Origin: Mobula hypostoma
Taxonomy: Eukaryota
Reading direction: 5' to 3'
DNA: 64,000 bases
Assembly: GCF_963921235.1 (NCBI RefSeq)
Contig: NC_086097.1
Location: 166,348,001-166,412,000, forward strand
In this document: positions 1-12,008 of the stretch, in pieces
How positions within the stretch are numbered: the stretch's first letter is position 1
Layout of the letters: the number at the start of each line of letters is the position of its first letter
Notes under the pieces: generated by a model
Database searches by the model: none
Told to the model about the DNA's origin: nothing
What the model saw: the letters and a program-made list of their open reading frames with translations, nothing else
Translations under genes and position numbers: made by a program

Positions 1-780
1 ACACGGTGACAGGTGAAACTGGGAGGGGGAGGGATGAAGTAAAGAGCTGGGAAGTTGATTGGTGAAAGAGATACAGGGCTGGAGAAGGGGGTGTCTGACA
101 GGCGAGAACAAAAGACCATGGAAGAAAGAAAAGGGGGGAGGAGCTCCAGAGGGAGGTGATGGGCAGGCAAGGAGATAAAGTGAAAGAGGGGAAAGGGGAT
201 GGGGAATAGTGAATGGTGGGGGTGGTGCCCATTACTGGAAGTTTGAGAAATCGATATCCATGCCATCAGGTTGGAGACTAATTAGACGGAACATAAGGTG
301 TTGTTCCTCCAACCTGAGTGTGTCCTCATCGCAACAGTAGAGGAGGCCGGGAATCGACATATTGTTATGGGAGTGGGAAGTGGAATTCAAATGGGTGGCC
401 ACTGGGAGATCCTGCTTCTTCTGGTGGATGAAGCGTAGGTGCTCGGCAAAATGCTTTCCCAAGCTATGTCGGGTCTCACCGATATACAGGAGGCAAGACC
501 AGGATCACCGGACACAGTATATGATCCCAACAGACTTACAGGTGAAGTGTCACCTCACCTGGAAGGACTGTTTGGGGCCCTGGATGGTAGTGAGGAAGGA
601 GGGGTAGGGACAGGTGTAGCACTTGTTCCGCTTGCAAGAGTAAGTGCCAAGAGGAAGATCAGTGGGGAGGAACGAATGGACAAAGGGAGTCGCGTAGGGA
701 GCAATCCCTGCGGAAAGCAGAAAGTGGGGGGAGGGCAAGATGCGCTTGGTTGTGGGATCCTGTTAGACGTGGTGGAAGTT
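1..780 (-). mobile_element. Penelope-like retroelement 3' fragment (Cys-rich linker plus GIY-YIG endonuclease, frameshifted, plus pyrimidine-rich 3' tail)
   Basis: Minus-strand peptides 'GTYSCKRNKCYTCPY...IQGPKQSFQVR' (550-738) and 'GKHFAEHL...LPVATHLNSTSHSH...RLEEQHLMFRL...PDGMDIDFSNF' (232-462), with a 'LYIGET' motif between them. This matches the Penelope GIY-YIG layout. 1-231 is the low-complexity tail. Confidence 0.88.
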
Positions 781-789
781 TCGGTGACG

Positions 790-1036
790 TAACCTTTGTT
801 GAGGGTGATGGCCACAGGGGTACTCTGCACTGAGTTCTTAACCCCTGTATCCTGCACCTTGGGTGTACCAATGTCCTTATACGTCCAATCTCTCACCTCC
901 TCACCCTCCATAATGATCTGGAGTTCATCCAGTTCTAGCTCCTGCTTCTTAACATGGATTATTAGAAACTGCAGCTGGATGCACTTCTTGCAGTTGTAGT
1001 CATCAGGGACACTGAGCTCTCCTTGCCTTCCTACAT
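790..1036 (-). mobile_element. CR1 LINE ORF1 fragment (zinc-finger/leucine-zipper region), part 1
   Basis: Peptide 'VPDDYNCKKCIQLQFL...ELELDELQII...TPKVQ...VQSTPVAITLN' is typical of the CR1 ORF1 N-terminus in fish and chondrichthyans. Confidence 0.75.
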
Positions 1037-2387
1037 AAGACCATAAGATATAGGAGCAGAAGTGGGCCATTCAGCCCATTGAGTCTGCTCCGCCATTCAA
1101 TCATGGGCTGATCCAATTCTATCAGTCATCCCCATTCCCCTGCCTTCTCCCCATACCCTTTGATGCTCTGGCTAATCAAGAACCTATCTATCTCTGCCTT
1201 AAATACACCCGGTGACTTGGCCTCCATAGCCACTCGTGGGAACAAATTCCACAAACTTACCACCCTCTGACTAAAGTAATTTCTCCGCATCTCTGTTCTA
1301 AATGAACGTCCTTCAATCCTGAAGTCATGCCCTCTTGTCCTAGATTCCCCTACCATGGGAAATAACTTTGTCATATCTAATCTGTTCAGGCCTTTTACCA
1401 TTTGGAATGTTTCTATGAGATCTCCCCTCATTCTCCTGAACTCCAAGGAATACAGCCCAACAGCTGCCAGATGTTCCTCATATGGTAACCCTTTCATTCC
1501 TGGAATCATTCTCATGAATCTTCTCTGAACTGTCTCCAATGTCAGTATATCCTTTCTAAAATAAGGAGCCCAAAACTGCGCACAATACTCCGTGTGGTCT
1601 CACGAGTGCCTTATAGAACCTCAACATCACATTCCTTCTCTTATACTCTATGCCTCTAGAAATGAATGCCAACATTGCATTTGCTTTCTTCACCACCGAC
1701 TCAACCTGGAGGTTAACATTTAGGGTATCCTGCACAAGGACTCCCAAGTCCCTTTGCATCTCTGCATTTTGAATTCTTTCCCCATCTAAATAATAGTCTT
1801 CACGTTTATTTCTTCCACCAACATGCATGACCATACACTTTCCAACATTGTATTTCATTTGCCACTTCTTTGCCCATTCCCCTATCTAAGTCCCTCTGCA
1901 GGCTCTCTGTTTCCTCAACACTGCCTGCACCTCCAGCTATCTTTGTATCATTGGCAAATTTAGCCACAAATCCATTAATCCAATAGTCCAAATCATTGAC
2001 TTACATCGGAAAAAAGCAGTGGTCCCAACACCAACCCCTGTGGAACTCCACTGGTAACCAGCAGCCAGCCAGAATAGGATCCCTTTATTCCCACTCTCTG
2101 TTTTCTGCCAATCAGCCAATGCTCCACCCATGTTAGTAACTCCCCTGTAATTCCTTGGGCTCTTATCTCACTAAGAAGCCTCATGTGTGGCGCCTTGTTA
2201 AAGGCCTCCTGAAAATCCAAGTTCACCACATTTACTACATTTCCTTTGTTTACCCTGCTTGTAATTTCCTCAAAAAATTGCAGTAGGTTAGTCAGGCAGG
2301 AATTTCCTTTCAGGAAACCATGCTGGCTTTGGCCTATCTTGTCATGTGCCTGCAGGTATTCTGTAATCTCATCCCTAACAATCAATT
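1037..2387 (-). mobile_element. CR1 LINE, 5'-truncated ORF2 (reverse transcriptase to 3' UTR), frameshifted
   Basis: ORFs 1993-2391, 1806-1991, 1556-1858 and 1126-1539 give 'SQHGFLKGNSCLTNLLQFFEE', 'SGVPQGLVLGPLLF', 'KFANDTKI' and 'RRMRGDLIE...RNYFSQRVVSLWN'. The 3' tail is (TCTTATGG)n-like at 1037-1050. Confidence 0.95.
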
Positions 2388-2660
2388 CCACAGGAGGAGC
2401 ATTTCGCTATCCTGCCTGGCATCTACAGTCCTAGCTGAGCAGATATAAAGAAGGGGGAAAAAAACTTAACCTAGAGTTTTCATTTTCTTTCCTCTCTCTG
2501 ACTGAAGCCTTGAGGAGTTTATTCTGACTCTGTCCACTCAGGCTGTGCTTACCTCTGCTGCTCTTCGATTTCTAATCAATCCCAAATGCCAGTTGGTCAC
2601 TGGTCAAAGCACTTCTTCACAGTAGGAACCCCCTGCTGCCTTTTCTATTTGGGCAGTGGT
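2388..2660 (-). mobile_element. CR1 ORF1 start and 5' UTR remnant, part 2 (continues 790-1036)
   Basis: Minus strand reads ATG-CCA-GGC-AGG-ATA-GCG-AAA-TGC-TCC-TCC-TGT (MPGRIAKCSSC). This is the first CxxC half, which joins the VPDDYNCKKC half across the 1037-2387 insertion. Confidence 0.6.
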
Positions 2661-3089
2661 CCTGAGTGAAATCCCTTCCTTCCGTTGTCTGGTTTGGCCG
2701 CTGGTCAAAGCTGTTTTGTTCCAAAGTCTTTCAATTTCCTCTTTTAATTCACATATTTCTGGTGTTTTTCATTTGTTGATCTCTGTATGTTATGTGTGTT
2801 TGGAATGGCTATATGTATTAAGTAACCTGTTCTTGCTCATTTATCCCGTAATATTATATCCAGATGGTTATTATGGATTGTTCTATCTGTAATAATGGAT
2901 CTGTTGTAATATAATTTGTGGAACTCTGACTCTAAAACTGGATCAGACTTGTATTTATTGTGAGGTATCGTGTCCTTCATGGGTTTGTAGTTCAAAACAG
3001 ATTTTAGTGAATGATGTTTGTTACTTGATTGTGCCTGTGTAAGCAATCAGATTGAGTTAAACTGCTGCAGGATCCTGAAATGTTATTAT

Positions 3090-3290
3090 TATTGTTATTA
3101 ATATTTCTTCTTTTTCTTTCTGTGGTTGCACAGTGGTTGTCACCCTGCTGGTGCAGACATTCACTGATTCTATTATGGTTACTGGATCTATTGAATACGC
3201 CTGCAAGAAAATTAATCGCAGTGCTGTGTATGGTGACATTATGTACTTTGATAATAAATTTACTTTGAAATTTGTATTGTGACTTTGAAT
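3090..3290 (+). repeat. Rex1-type LINE 3' tail remnant
   Basis: The motif 'GCAAGAAAAT...GTATGGTGACAT..TGTACTTTGATAATAAATTTACTTTGAA' recurs at ~18530-18610, where it is attached to a Rex1 ORF end, and at ~21230-21303. Confidence 0.7.
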
Positions 3291-4279
3291 CTCTTGGAAG
3301 AATCTTGTAGAATCACTCTGAATTCAAAGTGCAAAATTTTTTATACCCTATATACAAAGATAACCATAGATGATCAATACAACTTCAATAGTAACAAATG
3401 GATTGTTGCAATATTTTGAGTATGGGCAAATTGTACTGTATATTTACAATGACAGTACATCTTAATTGACAAAGCCCAACACTGAATGTTCAAACAACCT
3501 TTGTTACAGCATTGCCATTGACGTGAATGGTCTAAAAGCTTTTGAAGACAGAGACCCAGACATCCAAGCACGCTTCTTTTACCACAGGTTTGTGAAGGCC
3601 ATCAGTCTGAGCATAGAAGTACCGCAAGAGTTAATTGGACTGCTGGCAGAACAAATTTGACCATGACCACGTTTGACATGCTAAGTAGCAAAACAGCCCA
3701 GCCCTTGACGCATTGTGAGGGAGATGGGTGGGTGTGGGTGGTTGATGGAGTCTAATTAATGAAGACATTATGGTTTGGATCCCCTGTGGGTAACAGTGGT
3801 GAAGATTTCAGGATTTCCTATGCCTAATGGCTGGTTTCTGTGCCTCAACCATCTATTGTACTGGTGGCTTTTACATAAGTGTTTTCTCAAGAGATTGCCT
3901 GATGCTGTTGTGAATTCCCTGGACACATTTTTAAACACTTTAAAAAGTTATTGCTTAACTTTTGGGATCATTGGGATAATTTCCGTCCTCCGAATTTCTA
4001 AAGACAAATGAATGAAGTGAAAATATACTTCAGAAACTTCAAAATGATTTTTCAATTGTTGATAAATGTTGTGATGTGGGAAGAACATTGATAGTCATTA
4101 TTTATTACTCAAGAAGGCCACAATAACTTTGCAACCAGTGAAGTTCTTTTGGACTGTTGTCATCAATACAAGCTCATTAGACCAGATCTTGGAGCATGGA
4201 GCTGAATGCCTTCAAACCTGTGGAGCTGCATACCGACTTCAGGAGAAATGTGTCTCCTCTCTTTTTTTTTCCACAATTC

Positions 4280-5060
4280 TACAATTAGCGCTATTTCAAC
4301 ATTCAGGTTCCTGGGCATTACAATTTCCAGGACCTCACGTGGGAGAAACATAGTTCCTCCGTTAACACAAAGGCTCATCAGAGGATGCGTACTTCTTGTG
4401 GCAATTAATAAAATTCCATCTTCCCCAGAAGGTACTGACACAATTCTACACTGCCATCCCAGACAGCATCCCCACATAAACCATTACTGTATGGTTGGTG
4501 CAACACCTTCACACAGAAGTCATTGGCTGCAGCCAACCTTCACTGCAGGACTTGTATGTGTCCAAAACAAAGAAGCGGACGGAAAAAAAAAATCGTTGCA
4601 GACATTACCCACCCAGGGAACTGCCTTTTGCAAAAGGTCCTTCTGAAAAGTGCTATAGCCCCATTAAAACAAAAAAAACCACACCATCTTAAAAGTTGCT
4701 TCCCCCCCCCAAGCAGTTAATCTGATCAGCCAATTTAATTAGCTGCCTAACCCCATCTATCCATTACCTCTGTAACGCACTGCACTGTAGACACTTAAAA
4801 CCACTTTTTATAGAACTGTTTGCATTGTAAATATATGTGATATTTATTTATTTATTTAAGCACTTTTCATTCCACATCTTTAACCTCTAACTTTATTAGA
4901 TTTAATATTTAAATTATATTTATATTTATAACTTTTAACTTAATTCTTTACTTTTTATAATTTTTGAATGTTGTTGTTTCTTGTTGCATGCCATAACATG
5001 ACCAACTCACCGCAGCAAATTCCTAACATATTTAGATGCATTTGGGGAATAAAGTAGATA
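4280..5060 (+). mobile_element. Highly degraded Rex1/Babar LINE 3' fragment
   Basis: 'FRFLGITIS', 'PSLQDLY' and 'DITHPG' remnants, followed by an AT-rich tail ending in AATAAA. Confidence 0.65.
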
Positions 5061-5244
5061 GAGTTGATAATGTTGAGCTTGGTGTCCAGACCCACTGGCT
5101 GAACCTCCATCTGTGGCTCCCTCCATCTTAACTTGCCAAGTTGTAGAAGGCCAGTTCTGTGGACCTTCTGCATCCTTGAGTTCAGTGGTGAACTGAGAAG
5201 TGATTGGGCATCAGATGAGGAAGACCTGCCCCTGAATCACTTTT

Positions 5245-5630
5245 GACATACAACATATAATATTATTAAGGGATTGGACGTGCTAGAGGCAGGAAACATG
5301 TTCCTGATGTTGGGGGAGTCCAGAACCAAAGGCCACAATTTGAGAATAAGGGGTAGGCCATTTAGAACGGAGTTGAGGAAAAACTTTTTCACCCAGAGAG
5401 TTGTGGATCTGCGCAATGCTCTGCCTCAGAAGACAGTGGAGGCCAATTCTCTGGATGCTTTCAAGAAAGACTTAGATAGAGCTCTTAATGATAGTGGAGT
5501 GAAGGGATATGGGGAGAAGGCAGGAACAGGGTACTGATTGTAGATGAACAACCATGATCACAGTGAATGGTGGTGCTGGCTCGAAGGGCGGAATGGCCTA
5601 CTCCTGCACCTATTGTCTATTGTCTATTGA
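5245..5630 (+). mobile_element. CR1 LINE 3' end
   Basis: ORF 5274-5537 'ESRTKGHNLRIRGRPFRTELRKNFFTQRVVDL...KGYGEKAG', then a 3' UTR stem-loop and a (CTATTGT)n tail. Confidence 0.92.
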
Positions 5631-5794
5631 CAGGCTTTGAAAGCTGGAATAATTGAACACAGATCTTTATGAGTGTGAAAATATGGAATATTTTCGAGGA
5701 GTTTTTGGTTCATTCAACTTGAAATAAATACTTAAACTAAAAAATAAATTAAACTAAAGAAACTAAAATCACTTAAAATTTTAAAAGAAATGTG

Positions 5795-6070
5795 GTAACA
5801 TGGTGGCACAACAGAATGACTGGTTAACTGCTGCCTCACAGCTTCTCTCACCCTATGAATGTTTGGGTTTCCTCCCACATCTCAAAGACGTGCAGACTGG
5901 TTGGTTGATTGACCACTGTAACTAGTGTGGTGAGTGACAGAATCTGATTGGGGTTCAAGAGAATGTTTGGTTCAGGTAGGTTTAATGTAAATGGATGGTT
6001 GATAAATGGTGAGGCTTGATAGGCTGTAGGTCCTGTTTCTATGCTGTACCCTCTCTATGACTCTAAGACT
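5795..6070 (+). mobile_element. Degenerate tRNA-derived V-type (HE1-like) SINE
   Basis: 'CTGCTGCCTCACAGC', the V-domain core 'GGTTTCCTCCCACATCTCAAAGACGTGC' and a CR1-like tail 'CCTGTTTCTATGCTGTA..CTATGACTCTA'. Confidence 0.7.
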
Positions 6071-6951
6071 TTAACTTAAAATACCTAGCACACATATATA
6101 ATTAAATGCACTAAAGGGAAAATACTTTCAAAAACTGTAATTTATCTTTAATTCCCTAATCCTCTGCCCTACAACCCACTGAGATTGATGAGGCCTTATA
6201 TTCTACCTGAATTTAACCTTGCACAAGTGACAGTAGTTTCAGACAGACTAAGTCCTGCAACTGGATACATAGCAGAACCTGTGTGGAGTGTAGCGTGCCA
6301 AGTGAGTTGACAGGTATGGCCTTTGCAAGTCTTTACTTCCATGTTTGACAGCATACTGTGAAGTGCAGCAGTTCTAATCAGAACCATCAGTAATAGCCAG
6401 TGAGATTGACAGCTGGTAATAATGTCCTGATACTCTGTTTTTTTAAGAGATAATGGTTCAGGGATATGTCTTGGCTGGGATACTGGTATTAATACCTCTG
6501 ATTTTCTTTGAAACAGTATGGCAGAACTGTAGCTTACATTTCTTGGTTCAAGAACGTACAGCAGCAATGATCATAAGTACATTAACTCTCCACTGATGCT
6601 GAATGACCTGCAGACTGTTCCCATCATTCTTGCTTTTGAAACTCTCTCTTCTCTCTTTAGGCACCCCGAAAACATCTCTCTGATCAATTTTCTGGACATT
6701 TTTCTATCATTTCTGAGCATGCCTTGATGCTGTGTTGCTTGATCATTATTCTTGGAGCAAATTACCATCTTATAAAGGAAGGGTACGAAGTAGCTTCGAA
6801 GTACTGCCTGAATCCACGCTGAGTAGGACCTCTGTCTTCTTTGTGAATGCTGGCAGTGAATGTTTTAACCACACCGGAGAAGCCTTCACTGAAAACTCAT
6901 TTTCAAAATCAACCTGATTTATTAATTCTGTTTTTTCTCTCTCATCTCGCT

Positions 6952-7030
6952 CTCATGGATGCAGCCTGTCCTACTGAGTATTTCCAGCATTTTCTGTTTT
7001 TAATTTCAGATTCGCAACGTCTACAGTGTG
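6952..7030 (+). repeat. Penelope-associated terminal repeat fragment
   Basis: 'GATGCAGCCTGTCCTACTGAGTATTTCCAGCATTTT' matches the repeat seen at 9107-9175, 16982-17062, 54287-54362 and 57726-57800. Confidence 0.7.
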
Positions 7031-7404
7031 TTATACAGTGCTGAGAACAGTAATCTGATACTCAGAAACCCCTGTTCTATTACAGTTCTTTCACAATTTC
7101 ACAGTTCAGTTTGTGTATGAAAGCAGGAAGCTGGGAGCTGTAGTTTAATCAGCTGTTTGAGCAACACATGTTGACAGAGGGCACTTGGGACTTGGCAGGT
7201 GGATTGCAAGACCTGCCAAACTGTATAATGAACTTTATGGAAGTGATTCAATGGCAGGATCTGCTTCTGCCCAATTTTGTTTCCATAAAAATCATACTAT
7301 TAATATCTGTACATTATGAATTGGCAAACTTTAACTGCTTAAATGTTGCTGTCTTTCATTTATATTTGAACAGCTTTAACCATACTTTCATATTTTTATT
7401 TGTG

Positions 7405-7960
7405 TTTCAGGATGTGTGTGTCACCAGCAAGGTTGATCTATTGTTCAACCCTAACCACCTACGAGAAAGTTCAGTTATGCTACAGCTCAACGATTTGCTT
7501 GGCTAATTCAGAGAGCAGATAGGATCCAACCTCACTGATATGGGGCTGAAATCATATACTGTATCGGCCAGCGTGGATAAGGTTGGCAGATTGTTTTCCC
7601 TGACTGGTATTGTCAGAATCAGAATCAGAATTAGCTTTATTCTTTATTATCACTGACTTAAATAATGTAAAATTTGTTTTTTTTTGTGGTAGGAGTTAGT
7701 ACCAAGACATAAAGTTACTATACACTTTCAGTAAAAATAATTGAACAATAAGCAAAAATAAGGAATGATAACATAATGTTCATGGCCCAATAACTGAACC
7801 TGATCATTTTTATAACAATCCAGTTGTTATACAATTAAAATTACTGATAATTTTTAAAAAACAGAAATCCAGATTATTTAAATGCCTGATATTATACTCC
7901 ACATCGACGGTAAATGGTGGTATTTGAATTCACATCTCTGAACCATTAGCCAGGAAACCA
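7405..7960 (-). mobile_element. Old Deu-domain-type SINE (SacSINE1-like), interrupted by a Rex1 tail at ~7615-7785
   Basis: Degenerate matches from memory to shark Deu-SINE segments: 'GTCACCAGCAAGG', 'GGCCAG..GGATAAGGTTGGCAGAT..TTCCCT', 'TGAACCTGAT..TTTTATAACAATCC' and 'GGTATTTGAATTCACATCTC'. Confidence 0.45.
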
Positions 7961-8724
7961 GATTTTAAAATTGAGGCACTATTTTCTCGTAATATGAAAT
8001 GTCATTTTTTAATCTGGCTTGGAACATCACAATGAATTACTTTTATTATCAACCTTTGCTGCATAAGTTATTACACAGCTTTTGAAAAAAAATTGAATTA
8101 TAGCTAACTCGTATGGAATTAATTAAAGATGGAATATCCAGTGCAATTTCTGCTTTTGATTTTCTGGCATTCATCTCTTCTGTAGCAATTATATCTTTGC
8201 ATCTGGATACTCATCTCTTTTGGAGAGTGGGTGTAAGGTTTCTGATTTCACTGCTTTAATTCCTTCAACAAACATAAACAGAGTTGAGATAAATCTTTTG
8301 ACATCCACTCAGCTCCCATGTCAAGAGGTGCCTCCCAGGATGATCTGACTGCTAGTTCATGGAAAATGATACCTCCAGATTGTATCACGGTGTTGTTGGG
8401 GTAATGCAGTGTGGAGCTGTGGTCTTTTCAAATAAAAGCATAAAACCAAAGACTTCTCCAGCCAGTTTTACTCAAACAGGAAAGTGGACATTATGCTTGT
8501 GATCTGTTTCAAACTAAAAGCTAGCACTTCAGCATTCACCAAGAAAATAGAGAATAAGATAAAGAATAAAGATTTTGGAAGTACAGTATTTACAATGAAA
8601 AAAAGCATTATTAACCTATCAGCTTATGGAGCCTTAGGGTGATACATCACACAGACCGGCCTGTCAACCTAACTTGTCCAAAGTTCTTTGACCTTTCATC
8701 AGAAGCTGGAAAAGTTAACAACTG

Positions 8725-8988
8725 GACCACCATGGTAGCATAGTGGTTATCGCTTGGGGTGTTGGAGTTTGGAGTTCAAGTCCAACGTTGCCTGTAAGAG
8801 GTTTGTACCTTCCCTCCCATCAGCTCGTTAGTTTACTTGCGGTGCTCCGGTTTCCTCCCTTAGTCAATAGACATACCGGTTAATAGGTTAATTAGTCATT
8901 GTTAATTGTTCTGTGATTAGGCCACAGTTAAATAGGTGGGTTGTTAGGTGGTGTGGCTCATTGAGCTGGAAGGGCTTGTTCGGTGCAG
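8725..8988 (+). mobile_element. tRNA-derived V-type SINE
   Basis: A-box-like 'TAGCATAGTGG', B-box-like 'GAGTTCAAGTCC', V-domain 'GGTGCTCCGGTTTCCTCCC' and tail 'GGAAGGGCTTGTTC'. Confidence 0.8.
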
Positions 8989-9035
8989 AAATGTTTCCTC
9001 TAATTTTTTTTACAGCAGCGTTGACCAACCATTGC

Positions 9036-9181
9036 AAAGCAACACAAAATGCTGGAGGACTTCATCAGTTCTGATAAAGGGTCTCGGCCCAAAACATCTT
9101 TTCCATAGATGCTGTCTGGCCTGCTGAGTTCCTCCAGCATTTTTTGGATTTCCAGCATCTGCAGATTTTCTCTTGTTTGGA
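9036..9181 (+). mobile_element. 146-bp Penelope-derived insertion with degenerate hammerhead motif and 13-bp TSD
   Basis: Direct repeat GACCAACCATTGC at 9023-9035 and 9182-9194. Internal 'CTGATAAAGGGTCTCGGCCCAAAAC'. The 5' part is an inverted copy of the 3' part. Confidence 0.85.
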
Positions 9182-9697
9182 GACCAACCATTGCTCTGAG
9201 CAGGAAATTTTTACATGGCCTGAAAATTGTTAAAGCAGTGAAAGAATGTTTTTTTTGTAATATGTATACTTGAATATTTAGAATGCAAACTGAAAAATCA
9301 CGTACTTTTGACTTTATTTATTAATTGAAGGGTATAATGAAATGCAGTACAACAAAGAAAATCTTTCTAATTAAAATAGTTTCTTATCTGAATTTACTAC
9401 AAACCTATTGTCGATAAACACTGTCCAGATTAATTTTGCATCCAGATGAAAGGCGTGTCTTAATCCTCATTAGATCATTCAAATGTTCCACTTGTAGTCT
9501 GTTTCTGGATTTACATTTGATTGAATTCATAACACTGAATCCACACTCAAAGTTCACACTAGAAGCTTGAAATAGTACAACAATATCAACAAGTATTGAC
9601 AGTTCTTCATATTCTTTGTTTCTAAGCACATAGTTTAATGTATCAGTGAGCTTCTTAATTGGTCCAGTCTTACCTTTCTCAGAAATAACAAAATTAA

Positions 9698-10762
9698 TAG
9701 AGTCGTAGAGTCATAGAGAAGTACAGTACTGAAGCAGGCTCTTCAGCCCATCTAGTCCATGCATAAAGCATTTAAACTACCTACTCCCATTGACTTGCAC
9801 TGGGACCATAGCCCTCCATACCCCTAATATCCATATACATATCCAAACTTTGCTTAAACATTGAAGTCAAGCTCGTATGCATCACTTGTGCGGGCAGCTC
9901 ATTCCACACTCGTATGACCCTCTGAGTGAAGTAGTTTCCTCTCATATTCCCCTTAAAACATTTCACATTTCACCCTTAACCCATGACCTCTGGATGTAGA
10001 CCCACCCAACCTCAGTGGAAAAAGTTTGATCACAAACAAGAAAAAAATGTGCAGATGCTAGAAATCGAAGCATTGGAAAAAAGTCTGTTACATTTACCTG
10101 ATCTATACCCCTCATAATTTTGTATATGTCTATCAAATGTCCTCTCAATTTTCTACATTCTAAAGGAATAAAGTCCTAACTTATTCCATCTTTCCTTATA
10201 ACTCATGTTCTCTACACCTAGCAAGATCCTTGTAAATTTTTTCTATGCTCTTTCAATCATATTTACATCTTTCCTGTAGGCAGGTGACTAAAACTGCAAA
10301 CAATACTCCAAATTAGGCCTCACCAACGTCTTATACAACTTCAACATAACATCACATTTCCTGTACTCAATACATTGATTTATGAAGGCCGATGTGCCAA
10401 AAGCTTTGTTTACAACCCTACCTATTTGTGACACCACTTTCAATGAATTATGGACCTGTATTCCAAGACACCTTTGTTCTACTACACTCCTCAATGCCCT
10501 ACCACTCACTGTGTCAGACCTACGCTGAATGGTCCGACTGAAGTGCCACACTGTGCACTTGTCAGCATTAAATTCCATCCACTATTTTTCAGCCCATTTT
10601 TCCAGCTGATGCAGATCCCCCTGCAAGCCATGATAGCCTTCTTCACTGTCCACTCAGCCCCAGTCTTGGTGTCGTCCGCAAATTTGCTGATCCAGTTAAT
10701 TATGTTATCATCCAGATCATTGATATATATGACAAACAACAAAGAGATCCTGGACTGATCCC
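9698..10762 (-). mobile_element. CR1 LINE 3' fragment nested in the hAT element
   Basis: 'ISKFADDTK', 'MEFNADKC', 'LYKTLVRPNLEYC', 'RGHLIDIYKIMRG' and 'YFTQRVIRVWNELP', with a (CTATGACT)n tail at ~9698-9718. Confidence 0.92.
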
Positions 10763-10984
10763 GATGGCACACCATTAATATCACAGTATTGTTGTGATGT
10801 TTTTGAGGCAGCACTTTTGTTGTAGTTCAGAATAGTAACTAAGTATTTTTTTGGCAGTTATACAGCATTCTCTTTTCCAAATTTAAAATTGATTGCATAT
10901 GCAATAGCAGCAGGATCAAAAGCTTGCCATTCTCTTAACACATTGTCAGGAAATCTATTATCCAAGTAATTACACACACATTAA

Positions 10985-12008
10985 ATACTTTATACTTTAT
11001 TGTCACCAAACAATTGATACTAGAACGTACAATCATTATAGCGATATTTGATTCTGCACTTCCCACTCCCTGGATTACAAATCGATAGTAAATATTAAAA
11101 ATTTAAATTATAAGTCATAAATAGAAAATAGAAAAATGGAAAGTAAGGTAGTGCAAAAAAACCGAGGTGCAGGTCCAGATATTTGGAGGGTACGGCCCAG
11201 ATCCAGGTCAGGATCCATTCAGCAGTCTTATCACAGTTGGAAAGAAGCTGTCCCCAGATCTGGCTGTATGAGTCTTCAAGCTCCTGAGCCTTCTCCCGGA
11301 GGGAAGAGGGACGAAAAGTGTGTTAGCTGGGTGGGTCGTGTCCTTGATTATCCTGGCAGCACTGCTCCGACAGCATGCGGTGTAAGGTGAGTCCAAGGAC
11401 GGAAGATTGGTTTGTTTGATGAGCTGCGCCGTGTTCACAACCTTCTGCAGCTTCTTCCGGTCTTGGACAGGACAACTTCCATACCAGGTTGTGATGCACT
11501 TCAGAAGAATGCTTTCTACGGTGCATCTGTAAAAATTAGTGATGGTTTTAGGGGACAGGCCAAAGTTCTTTAGTTTTCTCAGGAAGTGAAGGTGCTGGTG
11601 GGCCTTCTTGGCAGTGGACTCTGCTTGGTTGGACCAAGTCAGGTCATTTGTGATACTGACCCCGAGGAACTTAAAGCTTTTGATCTGTTCCACTTGCGCA
11701 CCACCGATGTAAATTGGGTCGTGCGGTCCGCTACTCTTTCTGAAGTCAACAACCAATTCCTTCGTCTTGCTGACGTTGAGGGATAGGTTATTGTCTTCGC
11801 ATCATGCCACCAGGTTCTTAATTTCCTCTCTGTACTCAAACTCATCATTACCCGAGATATGGCCTACAATTGTTGTGTCACCAGCAAACTTATATATTGA
11901 GTTTGATAGAAACTTGGCTACACAATCATGGATGTACAGTGAGTACAGTAAGGGACTGAGTACACAGCCTTCTGGGGCACCGGTGCTCAGAGTGATTGTA
12001 GAGGAGAC
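10985..12008 (-). mobile_element. Rex1/Babar LINE 3' fragment, relatively well preserved, nested in the hAT element
   Basis: ORF 11208-11756 'VVDFRK...FKFLGVSITNDLTWS...KKAHQHLHFLRKL...FYRCTVESIL...LPSGRRLRS'. Upstream lie '[16 protein letters not shown]' and 'KFAGDT'. Confidence 0.92.

Noticed and set aside
6196..6917. Cluster of short ORFs and an acceptor-like site at 6660
   Set aside because: No recognisable domain in the frames I translated, stops follow soon after, and there is no convincing donor.
8725..8790. tRNA gene
   Set aside because: A/B-box-like motifs belong to a SINE head and no cloverleaf can be formed. The same applies at 41040-41105 and 57465-57530.
9405..9629. Exon of a domesticated ZNF862-like gene
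   Set aside because: It lies between TIRs, is interrupted by CR1 and Rex1 insertions, and neighbouring transposase parts are decayed or deleted.
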